A DNA stretch of 64,000 nt from Paraphysomonas bandaiensis (GCA_965644295.1 CBFFRP010000148.1:62001-126000); one strand, 5' to 3'. Shown: positions 35,301 to 49,813, counted from the stretch's first letter. Notes: a model not told the origin generated them from the letters alone. Numbers and translations: made by a program.

Positions 35301-38300
35301 GATGAAGAAAACACCGAGTTCAAGCGGAGTGTCTGCGAATTTTATCGTATCGACTACGAACACCACATAAAAGAAGCATGGGCTGCATTTAGCAGGCACA
35401 AAGTGATCAGCGAGTACTTCAGGGAGCAGATTCGCGTGTATGCGGAGATGTGCTTGGATCGTTGCCACAGGACAACTGTCGAATTGTCCAAGCTATTTTC
35501 TTTCAATATGATTTTCAGTGGGATGGCCAACACGGCACTTTGCTACGGATATCGAGGGGCATTTACGTCTTTGCTACGAACCCTAATTGTAGACCAGTTT
35601 CCCCATCTGGAAAACTGTGGTAGCTACAGACTACCTCATAGCGTGAACATATATGACCGCATTCTTCGTAAGATTGATAGAGATGACTGCGATGATTCTC
35701 TCCCCAAGTTTTCAATTCCTCCTGCTTATGTGTGTGCTGGGAAGATGGATCGATATAACACACCCAAAAAGCTCGAGCTAATATTGGTCTACTGCAATGC
35801 ATACCTGTCTAATATTCATGGGGAACAATGCTGTGCGCCCACTTTCAAGGATAAGAACTACTGCACTCTCACTGTTCTTGATATGATTGATAGCCTCCTG
35901 TCGTTTGGGTTTTATGACTCGAGAAAGGTTTGGCGTAGAATTATAGGCCGGCTATGTTTGATATTCTTGCACAGGAAATTAAAGCTGTGGTTGGTCCTAT
36001 GATGTTACTATTAGATGGAAGATTAATGACAGAAACGCCTAATGAAAAGCCAGGTTAAATGAGGCACTTGTGCGACGATCGTGCTTTATTATGTGTCAGG
36101 TGTGGGTTCGCTGGATTATGCTAAGATGTCCGTTAGTATCCGAGCTGAGAAGCGATATACAATTCAAGAGAGCGCTGCCGAGATTATCAGTGCTAAATTT
36201 TCTATTTTACGAATTCTTCGCTACATCAAGAACATTCGTGGTCAATATAGACTGGACAGATTTTTGAAGATATTTGCCAGAGTGTATTCTGACAGGCGAA
36301 AGCCCTTTACTTCTGCTATTGGCCCGATTTTAGCAACACTAGCGGATGACAGTTTGAGCATTTCTACGGTACACTTTTAATATTGTAACAGCTAGTTTAA
36401 GTTTTGCCTGCAGTTGGCCGATATGGATCACACTGACGCGATATTTGTTGACCTCATGATGTATGAAGATGAAGATTTATTCGAAAAAGTTCTTACATGC
36501 TTGATTGAAGAACACGAAATCACGAAATCCCTAATTGAAAACTGCAAGCACGTTTACATGCTTTACGATGAGAAGTTAGATGAACCGATGAACAGTTACG
36601 ACGAACTAGTTGGTGATCTATGGTACCTGCGCCAACTATTCGAGAAGCCTAATGTATGGGCTGGGGGCGGTGTGTATGATTTTGACCCACTGAAGTTCAG
36701 GGATGCTTCTAATATTCTCGTTCGTCTTCGAAAATATTTGTACAAAGGCGATAAAACTTATCAAGATCAGGACCCAACAACAAGACTTCCTGATGGGTCA
36801 AAAGCTTTACAGGAGTTTATGTTTTCTATGAATGTACATAATATTTTGGTTGAGTGTCTAAATTGGATAGCTGATAAGAGTCATAGTGACCCCAACGACG
36901 AGCCCATATTCTCGTGGGAACAGTTGGAAAACGCAGATAAGGTCTCCCCGGATCAAATAGTTTGCGGATCTCTCATGCTACTTTGCGATTTAGTCTGTGA
37001 CAAAAGCCGTCCGTACTTTTCGAAAATATTCACGATACCGTTTATTAAGAGACACTCTGAAAAAATGTATTTGCGCAAGTATATTTATGAAATTGTGGTG
37101 GAAATACACCGTGGCTCTGTGGTAAATGTTCTTTCAGTGCCGTCAGATGTGATGGAGCTCTTTGCGTCACTACTGCTTGATCCTGGAGAGCACCGGAACG
37201 TTGCCATGAGATTTTTTGAAGAGATATTATATCCCGACGAGTACGATGAGACGCCTGTATCGAAGAATCAAGCTGCTGTGTGCGAGATACTTCTTGCCAA
37301 CAAAGAAACATTTGCTATTGACCAAAGTGATGTTAATAAGCCGATCAGCGAGAAAGTCGGTCTATATATATCCTATCTCAACTTATTGAGTGCTTGCTGT
37401 AAAGACAACAGCCACAACCGAGACATGACTCGATTCATGTTTCCGTGGTATACTGTTCTTGACCGTATTGAGGATGTTGTGCATGCAGTATGCAATGCCA
37501 CATGCCCTACTGAGAATTTGTTTTTACACGTTGCATTGCTAGATGCCTATGTGGACATCTTTTGTGTTATTTCATTGAATCCCTTATCAAATAACGAAGA
37601 AGTAGTCAATAGCAAGCGATTGTTGCACTTTACTCAGTACTTATTGGCCCTTATCCATGACCAAATAGTCTCTGGTGGAAACTTCACACTGTTTGTGGAA
37701 CCAATCATTCGCTTGACGAGAAGTTACCTTGCGGTGACTAAAACTGTCGACAAGTTCGTGGATAATGCAGTGAAGAACATATGCTACCGCATTGTCGAAT
37801 CCCGTGATAACGCTATTTGGAGTACGACCAAGGTTTTATGCATGTGTATATGCGACGAAAAGGGATTGGGTGTGAGCAAAGATAATTTCAAGACATCATG
37901 CTTGAACTCGCCAGTGGCACCTAGTCGCGTGGCCGCCTGTTCTCACGACAAGAAGTCAACCCGCAAACGTCTGGTGTGCGTTTACGATTTGAAGAAAATA
38001 GCGAAACTCGGATTTGAATGTGCGAAACCTTCTCCAAGTCAGAAGGTTTCAATATTTGTTGACAGCATGGATAAACGTGACATCATGCTTCCTTCATTAG
38101 TGGACCAACCCTCTATAGAAATCAATAAAGACAAAAAGATCAAGCAATTTCAAATTTTCATTGACAAGTACGTTATACCTGACGGGGCACAAAATGATGC
38201 GGGAAGCCGTGAACGTTTTGACGATCTAGAAAGACGCGACCTAGCTGGTAATTGTGTACCCACTATTGTTTTAGATCTGCTGTTGTAGCACTGACTTCTA

Positions 38301-41300
38301 TGTTGTGATAACGTTTTATGGAAGGGCTGCGTATGGTCACAAGTGCAGTTTCTGGTGGCATTGGGGTTGTAAGTGGTGGGTTAGCTGGGGCAATGAGTGG
38401 CGGTTAGTACCAGAAGACTTATTTTCTATTGGCTAACTCATTGTTGTTTTGTCTACAGTGTCTGCTGTTGCGGGGGCTGCAGGGGGTGTTCTCTCTCATG
38501 TCGAGATGGAGATGGGAAGTATTTTGGGGGCAAAAACTTCTCGCAGTTGTAGCGAGGCGAAGAAAGATGAGCAACTACAAAGAAGCTTCAAAGATTTCGT
38601 CAAGAATGTGACGAACAATGAACAGATTAAAAAAGAATTGGTCAAAGAGAAATTGAGTGTGATCGAGATATTGATGAATGCTCACAAACTGACGGACCCG
38701 AGGGATACTGAGTATCAGAAAACCTTCGAAGATAGAGTGCAAATAGTCGAGGAAGCAACGACAACTGATGAACTTCGCCGAAGGGGAATCAGGCGGAAGT
38801 CTATTGCAAACGCAATTGTTTCTGGTTTCGATGGCCTGGCGGGCACATTAAATTTTTCTTCTCAATCTCGAAGAGGTTAGTACTTCAGATACGTCAGCGA
38901 ACAATAACGTTTGTGATATTTTGTAGTGGTTGAAGTACGACGCAATGTGATTCATTGGAACGATATTGTTCGTCGAATGATTCGACATATTGATCACAAA
39001 AATGATCGCGGTGAAGCTAATAGTGAAAGCAGTGTGTGCAACAATATCATTTACCTCCTGAATCTATTTTTGGAAGAGGAGAATGATGGTGAAGTGTGAT
39101 ATTTGGTAAAATGCTTGTCGTGATTATGTTTTAGAGAGTGAGGGGTTTTCAACATTAGAGAATCGGCAAAATAACCTCAACAGCCTGGGCATAATGAGGT
39201 TGGGATATCGATTAGTTAAGTCTACTATAAAGGGGTGCGTTGGATTTCTAACTTATCAATGATTGTCTCATTGTATATCTACAGACCCATTTATGCAAAC
39301 GCATTAAAGTTGATGACTGCAATGTTTAAGAAAGGTTGAATTTGTTAATCATATTGGAGTTGTTCTAACAATTTGTGTGAAGGCAATACCCACAGTCAGC
39401 TAGCGATTCTCGACTACATGCACAGTGCAGATTCAAATGACAGTGATGGACAATTTTTCAAGAATATTTATAACTCTCTTGACCAGGCATCTGCGTGGTA
39501 GACAGTTTGAGCATGAGCCAATTTTATACTGATGGTATATTATGCTATAGGGCGCGCAAGCGACAGCTTTTTCAGTCGTCTCTCACTCTTGAATCCGGGT
39601 AAATGGTGACTCAAGTAGTTACAATGGTGTAATTTTATTTTTTTAGTGAACAACGATTAAGTGCGTCTGATAAGGAGGAAATAAAGGAGATATCTGCGGT
39701 GCTGACTTTTTTGCAAGGCTTTTGTGAGGGTCATAATATTGCTGCCCAAGACTGTCTACGAAAGCAGGTATTTCCGTAGAGATAATGTAGTTTGTATCAG
39801 ACTAATGTGCTGCATATAGCCGTTCAACCGACGCAATTATAATATTATTGCTGCTGCGAATGATCTTCTTGAAGCTTTAGTCCCTCGTCGCGATATATAC
39901 GAGTCGATCGGAAATCGGCAGTTCACAGTGCTAGGTTTACTTCTTGATTTTCTCATCGAGTGCATTCAAGGTAGATGTGTAGTGTTAATATTGATTACCA
40001 CTTGAATTCGGCTTCTACAGGACCGTGCCGCGCAAACCAGGACCTGTGTGCACAAAAAAAAACTCTGGAAGTGTGCAAGCAGATTTTATCAGCCAGAAAT
40101 CTACCTTTCATCCCAAAGCAACAAAAACTGAGTTGTAAAATTAAGGCTATTACTCTTCTGGCTGCTCTTTTGGAGTGTCGTTTCGACGATGCCATCGAGA
40201 AAATGATGATTGTCAAGGTTGAGCTTTACGTTTTAGATGCATTTGGCGTAGAGCTTCGCGAAGAATTTTCCCGACTCTCAGCACTACAAGACAAGAAGCA
40301 TCACATAGAGACTTCTAATTCATTCCCGCTGCTAAAAATGATAGGACATTATCGAGATTTGGATCAAGAGATGGCCGAGCTGGAAAATGCATCTATTGCT
40401 GATCAGGCGATGGGTCCAGCAATCGAAGAAGATGAGGAAGAGGATGAAGACGATGATCTGGCAGATTACAAGTCTGTTGCTACTGCTGTGACTCACTATA
40501 GTCCTATAGAACATGTGGAGACAGAAATAGCTGATATTAAGTTTGCCATTATGAATTTGAGTAGGGTAAACTAGTGTTAATGAGTGTATTCGTACTGCAA
40601 TAATCGTAAAACAGGTGACTAAAAAGCTGGAGTTGGTTACATCGCAGCAATCTGTGACTACTTTTAAAACTTCGGACAAGTTTAAGGATGATATTGAGGA
40701 GAGCAAAAAGACTTTTAAATCTATGATGTGTGAGGTAGATATCTCATGGAATGGAAAGGTTAGCAGCGTGTAGTGGAATCGTGTGTGTCAACTCTGTTGC
40801 ACAGGTTGAACGTGTCATATTTCCTCTTCCTCGAGAAGCAACGCATTTGTCGGAAACCACCAAGAATGAGTTCATGAATAACTGTGATTTGACTAATCGA
40901 GAAGGTCGTTTGAAAGAGCTCATGGACAAGGCTCCAGAGTTTTATGATGAGATGCGAGTGTATAACTACCTTTCTCACGGGCCGTTATACGGGTGGCTGC
41001 TTGACAATTACTTTTACTTCAAAATGTTTACGTTGGTATTGGTGTCTCTCTTGGTTTTGAGTATTTTATTTGGCCACACAAGTCAGTCTCCCAGACTAGG
41101 TGAATATCGAAATGAGGGTTCCAAAGACTTCATAATTGTATTTGTGTTGTTGTCGTGCATATGCTATTTTATTTTGTTTCTGTACTGGTTTGTGCCACGC
41201 ATTGCAATGAGTGCCTATAGGCTGCGTGTGGAAGGACCCATGGAGTATGATAAAAGCAGCAACCCCAAGAATCGTAGGCGTAGAATTCTTGCAAATTATA

Positions 41301-42549
41301 ATTGGGGAACGCTCCTGCTGCCCTTTGTCGCATTTCCGTTTCTGCTTGTAGTCTACGCTACTCACTACACGGGCTATTTGGGTAACGGTGAAATGGATTC
41401 GTCTTATCTGATTGAGAAGTATATCATAATTACCTGTGTCTTATATGGATTTTGGCTGCCGTTTGCTGTTCGAAAGGCTATATCAGCTCCAAACAATTTC
41501 ATCGAGAAAATGTTTTGTATTGTTCTAGATACTCTTGTGGACTGGTCTATAATCGAACACCTCGGTTGCTTTCTCCTGTTGATATTGGGTTACAAGTATG
41601 TATATTTTTACTGTTTGGTTCTTCTTGATTGGATATCACTCTCCGAGCACATGAAAAATGTTGTACGCAGTGTAATTCGTCCGGCGAAGTCGTTATGTAG
41701 CGTGTTCGCCCTTTTCATATTTGTGATTTTGATATTCTCGATGATTGGCTTCTTTATTTTTAACGAGTCGTACAAGATATCGGAGGAAGAATTGGAAGCG
41801 ACAGGTACTGGAGGCGTTGAAAATAATCCTGCTCAGTACTGTTCTTCGCCAATGTCTTGTGTTTGGACTGTTGCCTATGGGGCAGTGCGAGCGGGAGATG
41901 TTGCAGAAATTATGGATGCTATTTCTCCCGATCAAGGGTCTCATTATTACGCTCGACTGCTTTTCGACATGGCATTCTTTGTGATTCTTGGCGTTCTGCT
42001 ATTTGACATGGTCACTGGAATTATCGTGGATACTTTTGTTTCACTAAGAGAAGAAACGTGTAAGAATGAGAATGTAATCCACAACGAAGTATTTATATCA
42101 GGTACGACTGTAAGTTGTTTTAATTTTGTAAATTCACTGCTGCAGTTTTACAATATGTTCACTTGTTTTTGCTACTATAGGCATCACCAGAGATATGTGT
42201 GCCGATAAAGGTGTCAGTTTCGAAAAACACCAAGATATTCATCAACACACTTGGAACTACATTTACTTTTACGGTCAGTACAATATATAATTAAAATAAT
42301 GTAACTGATGTACTCTTTTGTGCAGCCTACCTTCGTGAGGCGGATAGAACGGTTCTAGATGGCGCTGAGCAATATGCTTTGGATCTAATGGAAAGTGGAG
42401 ATATATCATGGTTTCCCCGACGGACCAGTTCTCTGTTCCAAGGACGTGCAGATGAAGAAGTGGAAGAAGTTAAGCTCTCAGACCTATCGCAGCGTCTCTC
42501 TAATATGGAGACAACAATAGCCGAACTAGTTGCCAAATTGAACAAGTAA
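32315..42549 (+). CDS. ITPR: Inositol 1,4,5-trisphosphate/ryanodine receptor-family Ca2+ release channel (multi-exon)
   Basis: Beta-trefoil/MIR motifs (YLRHGDIILL, ILYGNVVQLQHVSSG, SLWAFE, YRIKHIPTNRFL); RIH-associated LQGFCEGHN and LIECIQGPCRANQ; TM region ending FDMAFFVILGVLLFDMVTGIIVDTFVSLRE; HTWNYIYF. Confidence 0.92.
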
Positions 42550-45119
42550 ATTTTGTGACGCAGTAGTTGTGACGTCAAAACTACGACTGGCATTTACATC
42601 GCAATATATGAAACAGGCAGTTGGTTTGGTCGAATTAAGTATTAATTAGCCTTGTGCTTATCGTTTTTCACCTCACTTACTTCGTTCCAGTAAGAGGTGA
42701 TAATAGTTAATAGGTAATACGTCATCATAGTTCCATATTTGAACACACATCAAATGACATGGAATCATTATGAACTGATAGCCCGACGGCGTAGTAGATT
42801 TATACATGAAACACGAAAGTTATTATTAGTATATAGCTACTATATATGGTGGAGTGTGCTAACCATAACAAAAACTTAAGCGTGAACTAAAAAATAGGAA
42901 GTCATATGCAAGTTTATCTTCGTTTTGTTTCAAGAATGCATTTTTTTAACCTGACTAGGGTTCAACAGAATGCTCATATGACATATTAGCACAGGGCCAA
43001 TATAGACATTCAACTTCAATATTCGGTTTGAACAGAAGTTATCTTCTATTTTAGATATGACATAGAAAGTCATTTATATCGAATTCACTATATATATTTT
43101 ATAGTGGTAAACTTTCACTCAATGCTGTAAATTATCATCACCAGTTAAATTTTTTATTTTATCTCTACAACCACTCATTCTCGTACGATCTTACAACCTC
43201 ACTATCCTGCATCACCACTATATTTCCGTGTTAGTACTGCTGTATACTCATCGTGGTCATGATATTAATTCTCATAATATAGTTAACCACTACTAGAATT
43301 TTTGCTCTTTGATCGAAAATACAGTCCAACAAAAAGTTACACCTTTTTAGCATACACCCCACCCCATGCCTCTGTTGAGGCCGTGGCTGTGTTACCTCAC
43401 CTGATCCAGCCTCAAATTGGCTCCATTCCCCCGGACTCAGCTGCTGTTTGTACCACACCACCTATCAGGCAAGTCTCTAGTCAAATCCTGTTGTACACGT
43501 TACACTAACCCATTCTTGGTATTCCCAGGCCTACTAACTCTATCTGATACAGTTTTATCACGCGTCCGCACCTCTTCAGTTCTGTTTCTCTTTTAATCTC
43601 CCACCTCGGTTGGAATCTCTTATTGTTAACTCAATTGCTCTTGCTACATACCCTCCTACCACCTCATTCGAAACAGGTATGTACTGTCCATGAACCTGGA
43701 CCTCAATCTCTACCTCCTGTTCCCTACCAATCCCCACGGGTCCTAAAAGTGCTCCAGTTAAGGGTCACGGCCTTTATTCGGACTAGGAACTATGTTTACA
43801 TCCACACAAGCCCTCTATCAACGGACTTATTCCATTCATACCACTTCATACACGACTCTCCACCTACGTATCAAGCTATCAAGCTCATTAAGGTCATGAA
43901 AACAAAAATGAGTACCTGACCAATCAGCATTGAGAATAGGGAAAGCATTGGATGAGTGTTCGCTCCCAGTATTTATACAGTGTAGGGTACAGTATACTGA
44001 TAGTGTATACCTACCAGTATGTGTTCTTTTCAGTTTAGTACTTGAAGTGACTGTATAAGATATGCATAGGGATATAGAGGTGTATGGTGTTATATTATGC
44101 AGTGTGCTTTGTACGGCTGTAGACTAGAAGCATAATCTAAGACCCAACGAGTTCTGTTCGTAGTAACTGCAAAGAGAATCTGCTTTTTGGCTACCTGAAG
44201 TGTAGACTGTGTAAAAGCAACGGGTATTCCGTCCGTTTATTGATCTGTAGCATCCGTTAACGAGTTTGTGCATACACTAGAGGAATACTGCAAATACATC
44301 ACATACATTGTATACTTGCTGAGAGGAGGGACTCAACTGCCATCTTAATGTGAGCAGCACACATACCGAACATACTTATAAGCAAGTAGATTATCGTGAA
44401 AATTGAACCATATGTCCAGAGATGCAATACCATTATACTCGCTAAAGACCACTGCTTCCTCAATTGCCGATATAGAGTACGAGGCGATATAGTATATTGA
44501 CTGTGCAGCATCAGTACGAGGGTCCACACAGTGTGATGATCAAATGGAAGGTACCGTAAAATCATGTAATCAGTACGTACAGTCATGACAGGTGATATAT
44601 AGGTCCTTCTTCCAGACAGAGGCGGTCTATGGCAACCCTTAGTCACCATTAATAGAATAACGGTAGAGAAGCCATAGACACATCCATCTGACTGCAGGAA
44701 AAGCACGTATACACTGTTTACGTACTATAGGTGGCTACAGTAGCTACATATGTGCATTTACAGGCCACTGGTTAAATATAGAGCCATGTACACATATATG
44801 TCATATATTAGGGTAAGGATACAACATATATATATATTATGTAGTAGGGTCACAACCTACACATATATGTGTGGGTGAAGGAAAGAAATTAGGTTAGTAT
44901 ACATGCATGTATACATGTATACATCCGAACTGCAATAATAATAACTCTTCAATAGAATTATATACCACAGCCCAGTGCAAACATTGTACTCATGGTCGGT
45001 ATACACATATTATAGGTAGCATGTAGTAGAGCATATAAAATGGAAGGTAGTGTAGAGGCACTATCATACATAATCATTGCTCATATAAACCTGCTTTAAA
45101 TCTGCACAGGTTTACACTG

Positions 45120-46581
45120 GTACTTGCGATTGCATTTATTATGCGTATGCATGTGCGCCAGTTAGATGTATCATCAGCATTCTGCTATGCTGAGCTGGAG
45201 GAGGATGTTGATATGACACCTCCACCGGATGAAGAATTGCCAGCAGGGTGGTGTTTTCAATTGAAAAAGGCATTATGGATTGAGGTCTTCACCAAGGCAG
45301 TGGAACAAACATATAGAGGCGACAACTAGTATATTTTGGGCCAATGTAAATATGAAAGGAATATTATTAAGAAATTTAGCTCAGTTATGGGAAAGAGTAG
45401 TAAGAACAAACAGGCTCCACTACCTACTAGTGTTCAGGATTTGTTGACAGACTCTCGAAGGAGCAGACGCAGTGGGTCGAATCATTCCGAATCATTGAAG
45501 CGGTGTTGCATCTGGCAATACATACTAGACCTGATCTCACCTATGCAGTGAGGTTATTAGCTCGGTTTAGTAGTTGGCCGACATATGTATGCACCTTGCA
45601 GATTAGCTATTCATCTGTTGAAATATTTTCGTGGTACAGTTGATAAGGGCATCAGATTCAATAGGAGTGAGTTCGATTTACATGTGTTCAGTGACTCAGA
45701 CTGGGGTGGTGATAGGATGACTCCGCGGTCCACAACGGGATGCATCGTGTTTTTATGTGCGGGCGCATTGGCCTGACAGTCCAATCTTCAGACCACAGTT
45801 GCGACTTCAAGCATGGAATCTGAGTATATGGCGGAATATGCGGCTATGAAAGAACAGGTGTGGCTTCGGGGATGTTCAAGGAATAGCGAAGCCGACTCCA
45901 TTCTCTATGAACAACATGAGTGCAAAGGATCTCTCAGAGAATCCTGTGTATCATAAGAGGTCGAAGCATATTGACATCGAGTATCACTGGGTGAGAGAGC
46001 ATGTTAACGGAAAATTTCCTACAGCAAACTTGACTCGTGTGTCCACGGATGATATGGCAGCCGAGATTTTTACGAAGGCATCATCTCAAAGGAAACAACC
46101 CCGAAGATGTTAAAGGTGTGTTTTAGTGAGTGAAAATCCCACATAACTGTATATCTAGTTGACTGCTAGTTATACATGTATCATTAAAAGATTTCACACT
46201 ATAGTACCTATAAAACTAGGTAATCATAGCATAAATATTACTGTGATTACTGTTGTTTCATATCACTGCATTCTACATTGAGTGGGAGTATTAGAATATG
46301 GATTATATGCTAGTGTGTTCAGTGTGACACTTGAAGACAATGTACGATAATACAGTAAAATATGGTCATGTACAAATGCCGTGATGATATTGACAAACTA
46401 AAATAGTTTGATCTTTCAAGATATGCTTAGTAACGAGAGGTTCACATACGTAGAACATTATGTGTGGAGCTAAATGAGTTTGTGTTGTTTGTCACATTTG
46501 GTGTAATTGATATTAATTGATCTATCTAGGCTAACAACAAATTCTCTCTGAGATCTGGTTAAGAATGAGCAATTTCCAACA
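45120..46581 (+). mobile_element. Decayed Ty1/copia LTR retrotransposon (RT-RNase H remnant, candidate PPT and 3' LTR about 46289-46581)
   Basis: QLDVSSAF, LKKAL, TRPDL, FSDSDWGGD..RSTTG, TSSMESEY and NPVYHKRSKHIDIEYHWVRE, spread over frameshifts and stops. ttgagtgggag is followed by tattag...ccaaca; LTR limits are tentative. Confidence 0.9.
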
Positions 46582-46875
46582 TATAGTGTGTAACTACTCT
46601 GTGTTGTGTGGAATGTCAATTTACTAGCAATATGCATTAGAGAGCCTGAACCAGCTCAGTAGCTACATGAATACTAGTCAAGCTAGATATAATTAATTAC
46701 CATAACACCACTAGTGCATACTCTAATAACTATACTTAACGCTACGAAAGTTGCTTGTGCGTCAACGCAAGCATTATAAGGTTTATAGGTGCAACTTAGG
46801 ATTATAGGTAGCATTGTAATTTATTTGCAACAAGCAAGTGATAAAAACTAGAAAAATAGTACCGTTTTATCAGAA

Positions 46876-47189
46876 CTGCTGCGGTAGTTTAGAGTTTATT
46901 TAAGTGACTAGCACAGTAGATAAATTTTACTTTTCGTAACGCTATCGGCGAGCCCGCACTAAACTAGAATAAGTCATCAGAAATACTCACACCAGGGCTG
47001 CACATCTGCATATCAGTAAACTGCTAATTAATTACAGATCGTAATCAATTATGATTGCAAATTATTACTTGCTGTCCCATTGAGTTGCAATTAATTGAAA
47101 ATTAATTAATTGATACACAGTCCTGATACACACTGTGTGTTCGATAGAAATCGCTGATTTTAATAAAAGTTCCTATGACACTAAAATTT
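46876..47189 (+). repeat. Second copy of the dispersed repeat with nested hAT-type MITE (46993-47125)
   Basis: See 28948-29277. Inner ends cagggctgcacatc...gatacacagtcctg. Confidence 0.88.
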
Positions 47190-47305
47190 AAAATTCAACT
47201 TACGCAGAGCCCATACTGAAGCAAAAGGCGTATTCTTGAGATGAACGAGGCACAATATAAGAGATTTTGTACTCATGTACGACCACCACCTCAACACATA
47301 CAAGA

Positions 47306-47779
47306 CTACAGATTCATTTGAGAAAAGTTTAGCTGTTGATTTGTCACTCCTAAAACCTTCGCCACGCGTAGTCGGCGATTTTGAGATCTTTGGCTCTCTT
47401 CATTATCACTTTCATCTTCTGTTTCATACTGTGGGTCGTACGCTCGCAACAAAGCCAAGCTTTTCATATTGTTCCAGTTATTATGCTGGCCATTAGGAAG
47501 TATCTCATTTCCTGCTACAAGCAAGTGTGAAATGGTTGATGGAATTTCAACTTGTGGATTAGTTCCATCATCCAAAGGCACAACCGTTAGAGCTTGGTCT
47601 CTTCCAATCCCAGCATTTGCCATTTTAGCAGTCGTGATACGACCCTGAACTTCCACCTTGCTAAGGCGGTCTTCGACGTTGCTAAGGCGGTCTTTGATAT
47701 TGCTCAACTCTTCCACCACAGGAGTGATCGCTTTATTGAGCTCCTCTTGTATCAATCTTCTAAACAATTCAGCATCCAT
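47306..47779 (-). CDS. 157-aa protein: coiled coil plus a Mug135/DUF1773-like C-terminal domain
   Basis: Heptads LSNIKDR-LSNVEDR-LSKVE from a 21-nt tandem repeat, then VPLDDG..P.IPST...LLRAY...RRLRVAKVLGV. The domain resemblance is from memory only. Confidence 0.65.
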   Translation of the reverse strand: MDAELFRRLIQEELNKAITPVVEELSNIKDRLSNVEDRLSKVEVQGRITTAKMANAGIGRDQALTVVPLDDGTNPQVEIPSTISHLLVAGNEILPNGQHNNWNNMKSLALLRAYDPQYETEDESDNEESQRSQNRRLRVAKVLGVTNQQLNFSQMNL

Positions 47780-48464
47780 CCTGTATAATCATCTAATAGA
47801 ATGACATGATGGTTCATTCATTCTTATTCGGTTGCTTAACTTCTCAGTCAGTTGAGGAGTTCGTTGGCTCCAACGGTTTATTTTTCAGTCCTACAAACTC
47901 GAAGGACGCTGTGGAGCTTCCTACATACAGCAGTACGTATGATATAGCAGGGTTTTGTCCATGGGTATACTGTACTCAGGCAAAAAAGCCGAATTTTTCT
48001 TGTTGTATATGATTTTTCTTTGCATGAAAACGAATATTTGTGTAAAATGTCTTGTTTTACGGAACTAAAAACTGAGGGGATTGTGTTGCCCCATCAATTT
48101 TTTTTGAATTTTACATACAATTTCTTTATGTTCTGCGAATCTCCGCATATGATATCTTCCATACATTACATACAGAGAAGTACATACCTACAGCATACGA
48201 TACATTCCATATGATACATACACACATATAAGATCCATCTGCACAGTGGTGTCTATGTACAGTGTATCCATAGTATAGCAATACACGTACATATATACAT
48301 AGTCCCATATAGATACATACATACATAACCAGCACACTCCACATAAATCCATATTACACTCATACTGTAAAGAACACACTCAATACACACGAGATCACAG
48401 TTCTCATCCTCTATCATAAGACAGTGCTGGTGTCTGTCTACTGTAAACCCCATATATATACTGC

Positions 48465-48526
48465 ATACACACACATACATACACATACACACACAGTAAC
48501 ACACACACACACACACACACATACAT
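48465..48526. repeat. (CA)n/(CATA)n microsatellite
   Basis: Lies just upstream of the ATG at 48595, in a divergent intergenic region. Confidence 0.93.
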
Positions 48527-48594
48527 AACTACCATATCATATCAATCATATATATGTACCTCACATATTCCTACACTTAATACCATACATTATC

Positions 48595-49813
48595 ATGGGT
48601 TGCTCATCAAGTCACATCATATGGTTAGACGGAAGGTTCACTATACAGAGCTGTCATACAACACATGAGTCAGGTCCTGCACAGCATCTCTTAACCCCTA
48701 ATTGTACTTCATTCTCTAATTTTAATACTATATTTGGTGCACCATGGTGGATAACATTCTCATTTGAAGGAAGAGTTAGTCTGATATATGGGATTGAGAT
48801 TGCATCACATGATGCAGAGTGTAGCCCTATAAATATAGAGCTAGGTGTATCTCAGGATTTACATAAATGGGCGGTTGTTGCATCTATGCGTCCTATTCAT
48901 CCTTGGGGTACCTGTTGGCCGGAATCAGATCACAGATCTACTCAACATGCAATACAACGATGGAGATTTACCTCCCCTATATGTGGTAAGTTCCTTCGTG
49001 TCAAAGTTATTCAGACCTGCAATGGGAAGGGTCCAAGTCTACATTACGTGCGATTTGCAGGATCATGTCTACCTGATACTTGTCCCTCTGTTATTACACC
49101 AAAGCAGATCGGTAATTGGAAGTACATGTTATATATTTGAATATTGACTGTCGTATACTACAGTATTCAAGTCAGCCCCCCCCGCTTCACAAGAGGGTTG
49201 GATTGATACACCTGTGCAGATTTACCGTGCTCCTGAGGTAGAGAAGGGATATCCCCCGTTGAAGAATCTTTTGGACGGGTCAACTACCTCATACTTTAAC
49301 TTCTCCGCTCAGAAAGAAGGCTCACCCTGGTGGGTTATTTTCTCTGTGAAGGAACTAGTATACGAGCTTTGTGGTGTTGAGATTGCATCCTATATGGACT
49401 GCAATAGCCCCAGACTGATCCAGGTGGAGGTTTCATGCGATTTGTCAAGGTGGGAGCTGGTACGCATGTTAGGTACAGAGGAACCATGGGGGTCAGGGCA
49501 ACTTCAAAATCCTGAGAAAGGCCGGACAAGCATGCAGGGACATCCAAGCACCGGGGAGCAGGGGGTAGTAAGAGGGCCTGGGAAGTCTGTGTATTGCTGG
49601 AGTCTGGACTCTGCGAACTCCATTAGATATCCGCAATATGTTCTTGTGAGTATTCCCCAGACGTATAGTGGTGCAGCACCTTCACTGCACTACATCAAAT
49701 TCTTCCACAGCACTGCTAGGCCAAGAGCACGTACTGACGATGATGTGGCGTCATCTCTCCACTCTATTGACTTCAGAAGACCTAGCCTTCTGCCAAGACG
49801 CGGGAGTATTTAG
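48595..49813 (+). CDS. N-acylated protein with two tandem discoidin/galactose-binding-like domains (2 exons)
   Basis: MGCSSS myristoylation/palmitoylation-type start. Internal duplication PWWITFS..GIEIAS..SP..IE..VS.DL..W..PWG..PSLHYVRF vs PWWVIFS..GVEIAS..SP..IQ..VS.DL..W..PWG..PSLHYIKF. Intron about 49112-49163. Confidence 0.78.

Noticed and set aside
44030-44706. Short minus-strand ORFs downstream of an RY-rich promoter-like tract
   Set aside because: Could be a small spliced or decayed gene, but I could not build a consistent exon chain or find a motif.
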